From an uncultured Actinomycetota bacterium (lineage in GTDB: Bacteria; Actinomycetota; Actinomycetes; JACCUZ01): a stretch of DNA of 64,000 nucleotides. The notes under the pieces were generated by a model, which saw only the letters and a list, made by a program, of their open reading frames with translations, was not told the DNA's origin and made no database searches. Location of the stretch: the NCBI GenBank assembly GCA_963746465.1, contig CAVVAY010000005.1, positions 297,725-361,724 on the forward strand, written 5' to 3'. The position numbers were made by a program, and so were the translations under genes. Positions 57,891 through 64,000 of the stretch are shown here, in pieces (position 1 is the first letter of the stretch; every line of letters begins with the position of its first letter).

Positions 57891-58568
57891 TCATTCGGCG
57901 GCTTCGCCGGCCAGGATCTGCTCGACCACATCGGCGATGTCGGCGCCGACGATGTCGGGCTGGCGCCCGATCGGGCTGAGCACCATTCCGGGCCGTGCGA
58001 CGAACGCGGCCTTGCATCCGGCTGCCAAGGCACCCGAGACGTCCCAGGAGTGCGCCGCGACCAGCCGGACGTCGCCGGTCGCGATTCCGAGTGCTCGGGC
58101 CACCGCCTGGTAGGGCTCGGGGCAGGGTTTAAGCCGCTGGACTGTGTCGGCGGACATCACGTCGTCGAAGTAGCCCCGGATCCCGGCGTTGGTGAGCTGC
58201 TCCTCCGCGACCGATTCGGCGGAGTTGGTCAGGGCGACCACCGTGAAGGCGGTCCCGCGCAGTCGGGCGAGGGCGTCGGCAACGTCAGGATGCGGCGGTA
58301 GGGAGCTCATCCTCTCGACCATTCTGGTGGCCTCGGCTGGGGTGATGGTGCGCGCTTGCCGTTCGGCGAGCATCAGCAGCGCGGCATGCTGCGCGGAGCT
58401 GAAGTCGACGTACTCCCCTGTCAGGCCACCGACGAAGGACAGCTGAAGCATCTGGGCGAACCACTGCCCTCGGAGCGCAGCCGACCCGAGCACCTCCTCG
58501 AAAGCGGCATCCAGCGCGCGCAGGTCGAGCAACGTCTCGTTGACGTCGAAAGCGATTGCAGCCGTCAT
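57891..58568 (-). CDS. HAD-family hydrolase (haloacid dehalogenase type II-like)
   Basis: IAFDVNETLLD motif I. KPCPEPY. SWDVSGA. Confidence 0.75.
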   Translation of the reverse strand: MTAAIAFDVNETLLDLRALDAAFEEVLGSAALRGQWFAQMLQLSFVGGLTGEYVDFSSAQHAALLMLAERQARTITPAEATRMVERMSSLPPHPDVADALARLRGTAFTVVALTNSAESVAEEQLTNAGIRGYFDDVMSADTVQRLKPCPEPYQAVARALGIATGDVRLVAAHSWDVSGALAAGCKAAFVARPGMVLSPIGRQPDIVGADIADVVEQILAGEAAE

Positions 58569-58818
58569 GTCAGTCAGCGTAAGCCGCTGCAGGGAGGCGT
58601 GCCGGCAGCAGAGCTTCCCAAAGATGGCCGGGCGTCTTGGCGGTCAAGCGGGGGACCGGGGCGGGTCGGCGATGCTGCGCAAAGGCCCGCGCGTCCGGGG
58701 CGCGGTCGGTGGGCCGTTCTCGAGGGGGGCAGTGTCCCCGGACCGCGGAATCCCACGGTCCGCCCGAGATGTCTCCGCAGAGGTAGCCACCCGCGACCTT
58801 GTCGCTGGCCGGTTGCTG

Positions 58819-58889
58819 AGCGGGTGACGGGAATCGAACCCGCATGACCAGCTTGGAAGGCTGGAGCTCTGCCATTGAGCTACACCCGC
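58819..58889 (-). tRNA. tRNA-Gly (anticodon TCC)
   Basis: Acceptor GCGGGTG/CACCCGC, anticodon loop CTTCCAA, T-arm GGTTCGATTCC. CCA not encoded. Confidence 0.85.
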
Positions 58890-58975
58890 GTGCCCGCCTG
58901 GTGGTGGCGCGGCGGGCCTGCCCAGGCGCCGGTTAGCCCCTGGCAGGCATCGGCTCTAGGATGCCATGAGCGCTG

Positions 58976-59048
58976 CGGGGCGTAGCGTAGTGGCTAGCGC
59001 GCCTGCTTTGGGGGCAGGAGATCGGGAGTTCGAGTCTCCCCGCCCCGA
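58976..59048 (+). tRNA. tRNA-Pro (anticodon TGG)
   Basis: Acceptor CGGGGCG/CGCCCCG, anticodon loop TTTGGGG, T-arm AGTTCGAGTCT. CCA follows. Confidence 0.85.
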
Positions 59049-59155
59049 CCACGTTCTGGCTGCTGGCGCCCCCTGCGCGAGCCGCGTACCCCGCTTGTCC
59101 GTCCACCCGCACGTCCGTGATGCCCCATCCGGTGATCCACGAGGAGCCCCCGACC

Positions 59156-60583
59156 GTGAAGAGCGAGCTCGAGACCCTGAACCCGACCCGGGTGAAGCTG
59201 ACCGTCGACGTCCCGTTCGAGGAGCTCGCCCCGAGCCTCGACGCGGCGTACAAGAAGATCGGCAGCCAGGTGACCATCCCCGGCTTCCGGAAGGGGAAGG
59301 TGCCGCCGCGGGTGATCGACCAGCGGTTCGGGCGCGGAACCGTGCTGGAGGAGGCCGTGAACGAGGCGCTGCCGCGCTTCTACGGCGAGGCGGTCGAGAG
59401 CAACGACCTCAAGGTGCTGGGGCAGCCCGAGGTCGACGTGACCGAGTTCGAGGACGGGCAGCACCTGAAGTTCACCGCCGAGGTCGACGTCCGGCCGGAG
59501 TTCGACCTGCCGGACTACGACGGCCTCGAGGTGACCGTGGACGACGCGGAGGTCACTGACGCCGACGTCGACGAGCAGCTGGACGGCCTGCGCGAGCGGT
59601 TCGCCACCCTCACCGGTGTCGACCGCGCTGCCGCCGACGGCGACTTCGTCTCCATCGACCTGTCCGCGGTCGTCGACGGCGAGGCCGTCGACGACCTCAC
59701 CGCGAAGGGCCTCAGCTACCGGGTCGGCGAGGGGTCGCTGCTCGAGGGTCTCGACGAGGCCGTGACCGGGCTCGCGGCGGGGGAGTCGGCCGAGTTCGCG
59801 ACCACGCTGGTCGGCGGCGACCACGTCGGCCAGGAGGCGACCGTCACCGTCGAGGTGAAGTCGGTCAAGGAGCGCGAGCTGCCCGAGCTGGACGACGATT
59901 TCGCCCAGACCGCGAGCGAGTTCGACACCCTCGACGAGCTGCGGGCCGACGTCCGGACCCGGGTCGACGGCATGAAGAAGGTGCAGCAGGGCGTCCAGGC
60001 CCGCGACCGGGTGCTGGAGGCCCTGCTCGCCAAGGTCGAGATCCCGCTGCCGGAGGGTGTCGTGAAGGCCGAGGTCGACGCGCGCAACCACAACCTCGCC
60101 CACCAGCTCGAGGCCGCCGGCATGACCCGGGCCGACTTCCTGGCCGCCGAGGGGCAGTCCGAGGAGGAGTTCGACGCCGACATCGACCAGCGCACCCGCG
60201 GGGCGATGGCCGCGCAGTTCGTCCTCGACAAGGTGGTCGAGAAGGAGCAGCTGTCGGTCAACGAGCAGGAGCTCACCGACCACATCATCCGCAGCGCCTC
60301 GCGCTACGGCATGGGGCCCGACCAGTTCGCCCAGCAGATCGTGCAGGGCGGCCAGGTCCCGGTGCTGGTCAGCGAGGTCGTGCGCGGCAAGGCGCTGGCC
60401 CTGGTGCTCGAGCGCGCCAAGGTCGTCGACGAGTCCGGCCGCGAGGTCGACCTCGAGGCGCTGCGCGAGGACGCGCCGGCCGACCAGCTGGTCGAGACCG
60501 GCGACGACGACGACCACGACGGCCACGACGACCACGACGACCACGACGACCACGACGACCACGAGGGTCACGACCACGGCTGA
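59156..60583 (+). CDS. tig: Trigger factor with a His/Asp-rich C-terminal tail
   Basis: [24 protein letters not shown]... GTG start with GAGGAG RBS. PPIase domain mid-protein. Tail [26 protein letters not shown]. Confidence 0.9.
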   Translation: MKSELETLNPTRVKLTVDVPFEELAPSLDAAYKKIGSQVTIPGFRKGKVPPRVIDQRFGRGTVLEEAVNEALPRFYGEAVESNDLKVLGQPEVDVTEFEDGQHLKFTAEVDVRPEFDLPDYDGLEVTVDDAEVTDADVDEQLDGLRERFATLTGVDRAAADGDFVSIDLSAVVDGEAVDDLTAKGLSYRVGEGSLLEGLDEAVTGLAAGESAEFATTLVGGDHVGQEATVTVEVKSVKERELPELDDDFAQTASEFDTLDELRADVRTRVDGMKKVQQGVQARDRVLEALLAKVEIPLPEGVVKAEVDARNHNLAHQLEAAGMTRADFLAAEGQSEEEFDADIDQRTRGAMAAQFVLDKVVEKEQLSVNEQELTDHIIRSASRYGMGPDQFAQQIVQGGQVPVLVSEVVRGKALALVLERAKVVDESGREVDLEALREDAPADQLVETGDDDDHDGHDDHDDHDDHDDHEGHDHG

Positions 60584-60786
60584 CCGCCGTACCCGCCGTA
60601 CGTCGCGAAGGGCCCCGCCGCACGCCGGCCGGGGCCCTTCGTGCGTCCGGGTGAGCCGCGTGCGCCGACAGCGAACACCCGCCCGGCGGGGAGTTCTGTG
60701 TCCAGGCCCCGCGTTAGTGTCGGCACCAGTGATCGGCGGGAGACGCCGGTCAGACACGACAGACACATCGTTCCGACGCGAGACAG

Positions 60787-61431
60787 GTGACCCGAGTGAG
60801 CGAGCTGACCACCCCCGGCCTCGAGACCCCGCAGGGGCGCTCGCCCCAGCCGCAGGGGATGGGCCTCGACGACCAGGTCTACAACCGGCTGCTGCGCGAG
60901 CGCATCATCTTCCTCGGCTCCGTGGTCGAGGACTCCAACGCCAACGCCATCTGCGCTCAGCTGCTGCTGCTGGCGGCCGACGACCCCGACAAGGACATCT
61001 GGCTGTACATCAACTCGCCGGGCGGCTCGGTGTCCGCCGGCATGGCGATCTACGACACCATGCAGTGGGTCAAGAACGACATCGCGACGGTGTCGATGGG
61101 GCTGGCTGCCTCGATGGGGCAGTTCCTGCTCTGCGCCGGCACACCCGGCAAGCGCTACGCGCTGCCGCACTCGCGGATCATGATGCACCAGCCGTCCGGC
61201 GGGCTCGGTGGCACGGCCTCCGACATCCGCATCCAGGCCGAGCAGATGCTCTACACCAAGCAGAAGATGGCCGAGCTGATCGCCCAGCACACCGGGCAGA
61301 CGGTCGAGACCATCGAGGCCGACTCGGACCGCGACCGCTGGTTCACCGCCGAGGACGCCAAGGACTACGGCCTGGTCGACGAGGTGGTCGCCAGCGCCGG
61401 GCAGGTCGCCGGCTCGGGCGGCACGGCATGA
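60787..61431 (+). CDS. clpP1: ATP-dependent Clp protease proteolytic subunit 1
   Basis: [22 protein letters not shown]...[12 protein letters not shown]...MHQPSGG. Confidence 0.9.
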   Translation: MTRVSELTTPGLETPQGRSPQPQGMGLDDQVYNRLLRERIIFLGSVVEDSNANAICAQLLLLAADDPDKDIWLYINSPGGSVSAGMAIYDTMQWVKNDIATVSMGLAASMGQFLLCAGTPGKRYALPHSRIMMHQPSGGLGGTASDIRIQAEQMLYTKQKMAELIAQHTGQTVETIEADSDRDRWFTAEDAKDYGLVDEVVASAGQVAGSGGTA

Positions 61432-62096
61432 ACGACACCTTCCCCCCACCCGTCGGCGCCCCGCGAGGAGACCGAGCCCAGATGAGCGACCTGTACCAGC
61501 CGAGCTCCCGCTACTACCTGCCGCAGATGGAGGAGCGCACGTCGTACGGCTGGCGGCGCACGGACCCCTACGCGAAGCTGTTCGAGGAGCGGATCATCTT
61601 CCTCGGCCAGGCCATCGACGACACCATCGCGAACGACGTGATGGCCCAGCTGCTGACGCTGGAGTCCGCCGACCCCGACCGCGACATCTCGATCTACATC
61701 AACTCCCCGGGTGGCTCGTTCACGGCGTTGACCGCGATCTACGACACCATGCAGTTCGTCCGGCCGGACATCCAGACCACCTGCCTCGGGCAGGCCGCGT
61801 CGGCGGCGGCGATCGTGCTGGCGGCCGGCACGCCCGGGAAGCGGTTCGCGCTGGCGAACTCCCGCATCCTCATCCACCAGCCCTCGACCGAGGGCGGCGG
61901 GCAGGCCAGCGACATCGAGATCCAGGCCCGCGAGGTGCTGCGCATGCGCAAGCAGCTCGAGGCGATGCTTGCGCAGCACAGCAACCGCTCGCTGGAGCAG
62001 GTCGAGCGCGACATCGAGCGCGACAAGATCCTCACCGCCGAGGAGGCCGTGGAGTACGGCCTGGTCGACCGGGTGCTGACCACCCGGGGCAGCTGA
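61428..62096 (+). CDS. clpP2: ATP-dependent Clp protease proteolytic subunit 2
   Basis: ATGA overlap with clpP1. [22 protein letters not shown]...[11 protein letters not shown]...HQPS. Confidence 0.9.
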   Translation: MNDTFPPPVGAPRGDRAQMSDLYQPSSRYYLPQMEERTSYGWRRTDPYAKLFEERIIFLGQAIDDTIANDVMAQLLTLESADPDRDISIYINSPGGSFTALTAIYDTMQFVRPDIQTTCLGQAASAAAIVLAAGTPGKRFALANSRILIHQPSTEGGGQASDIEIQAREVLRMRKQLEAMLAQHSNRSLEQVERDIERDKILTAEEAVEYGLVDRVLTTRGS

Positions 62097-62263
62097 GATG
62101 CGCCCCGCGGGTCGGCTCCGGCCGCGCCGTGGGGCGACGCGCCCGTCCGGGCCGCTCGGGCCCGGAATAGCGGCGCAGACGGCCCCGCCGGGGTACCGTC
62201 GTGGCACGTACGGCCCGGTCACCCGACCGGTCAGTGAGAGTCGGCAGAGGGAGAGGCTTCCGC

Positions 62264-63544
<1,281 letters not shown>

Positions 63545-63545
63545 C

Positions 63546-63986
63546 CTACTGCGCGTCCCAGGCTTCGTTCGTCGCCCGCGCGACGGTCGCCGGGTCGGGC
63601 GGCAGGGCTCCGAGGCCGAACACGACCACCGCACGCCGCCACAGGTCACGCATGCAGACCGTCGTGCCCATGCCACCAGCGGCCTGAGCCGGCTTGGAGT
63701 AGCAGTCCACGCCGTCCAGGGTTGTCTTGTCCCAGCCGGCGAAGGGGTCTTGCTCGTCAGCAGGTGAACCCGAGGTGCCTGAGTCGTCGCCGGAGGGGCT
63801 GGGCCCCGCGCCACCGCGCAGCGCAGCCAGCACGTACCCCGATCCCTGACCGTCGGAGTACAGCGCGATCGCGGTCTTGCTGCCGCTCCCGAGCTCCTCA
63901 CCGAAGCCCTCAGCCATCTGCGCGGCCATCGCGTCGGAGTCGGCGCCGCCCACCTTCGGCATCCCCATCAGGGTGTCCGGTGCCAC
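63546..63986 (-). CDS. Hypothetical Gly/Ser-rich protein (N-terminus may lie beyond the window end)
   Basis: ORF convergent with clpX. Low-complexity GSG-rich middle. No domain recognised. Confidence 0.35.
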   Translation of the reverse strand: MAPDTLMGMPKVGGADSDAMAAQMAEGFGEELGSGSKTAIALYSDGQGSGYVLAALRGGAGPSPSGDDSGTSGSPADEQDPFAGWDKTTLDGVDCYSKPAQAAGGMGTTVCMRDLWRRAVVVFGLGALPPDPATVARATNEAWDAQ

Positions 63987-64000
63987 CGGGTCGGCGAAGA

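Noticed and set aside
58933-59277. 114-aa minus-strand ORF spanning the tRNA-Pro gene
   Set aside because: It overlaps a tRNA and the tig 5' region and has no RBS. It is an artifact.

Overview
This is a high-GC (about 70%) actinobacterial-type chromosomal segment that is densely coding on both strands. I found no transposase, integrase, phage or CRISPR signatures. I call about 65 CDS and four tRNAs, and most of the content is ordinary housekeeping.

Recognisable blocks:
- The conserved actinobacterial block tRNA-Gly(TCC), tRNA-Pro(TGG), tig, clpP1, clpP2, clpX sits at the 3' end.
- Other tRNAs: tRNA-His(GTG) immediately downstream of orn, and tRNA-Arg(TCT).
- Single housekeeping genes: cspA with a long leader and its own terminator, nei, pepN, malQ, ettA, rpiB, an ssb paralog.
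- A pair of dynamin-like GTPases, an MMPL transporter, an MscS channel, prolyl oligopeptidase, and a two-component system.
- Two ArsR regulators (one with a CDF transporter, one flanked by SRPBCC proteins), three SRPBCC proteins, and a GGDEF protein.

Most interesting candidates:
1. A compact five-gene neighbourhood at 5.2-9.9 kb. It combines a GTP cyclohydrolase II fused to a RibD-type pyrimidine reductase domain, a 6-pyruvoyl-tetrahydropterin synthase-like protein with a degenerate active-site motif (translationally coupled to a GT1 glycosyltransferase), a zinc alcohol dehydrogenase and a HAD phosphatase. This looks like an undescribed pathway that diverts a GTP-derived pyrimidine or pteridine intermediate into a glycosylated metabolite.
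2. A GT2 / DUF2064 / SAM-methyltransferase triad at 48.2-50.1 kb, with a fused membrane-domain plus molybdopterin oxidoreductase, a polytopic membrane protein and a PAP2 phosphatase downstream.
3. Three or four genes interrupted by single-base frameshifts inside homopolymer runs, including one exactly at the GGDEF motif. These need read-level verification: they are either true pseudogenes or slip-strand switches, or homopolymer sequencing errors.
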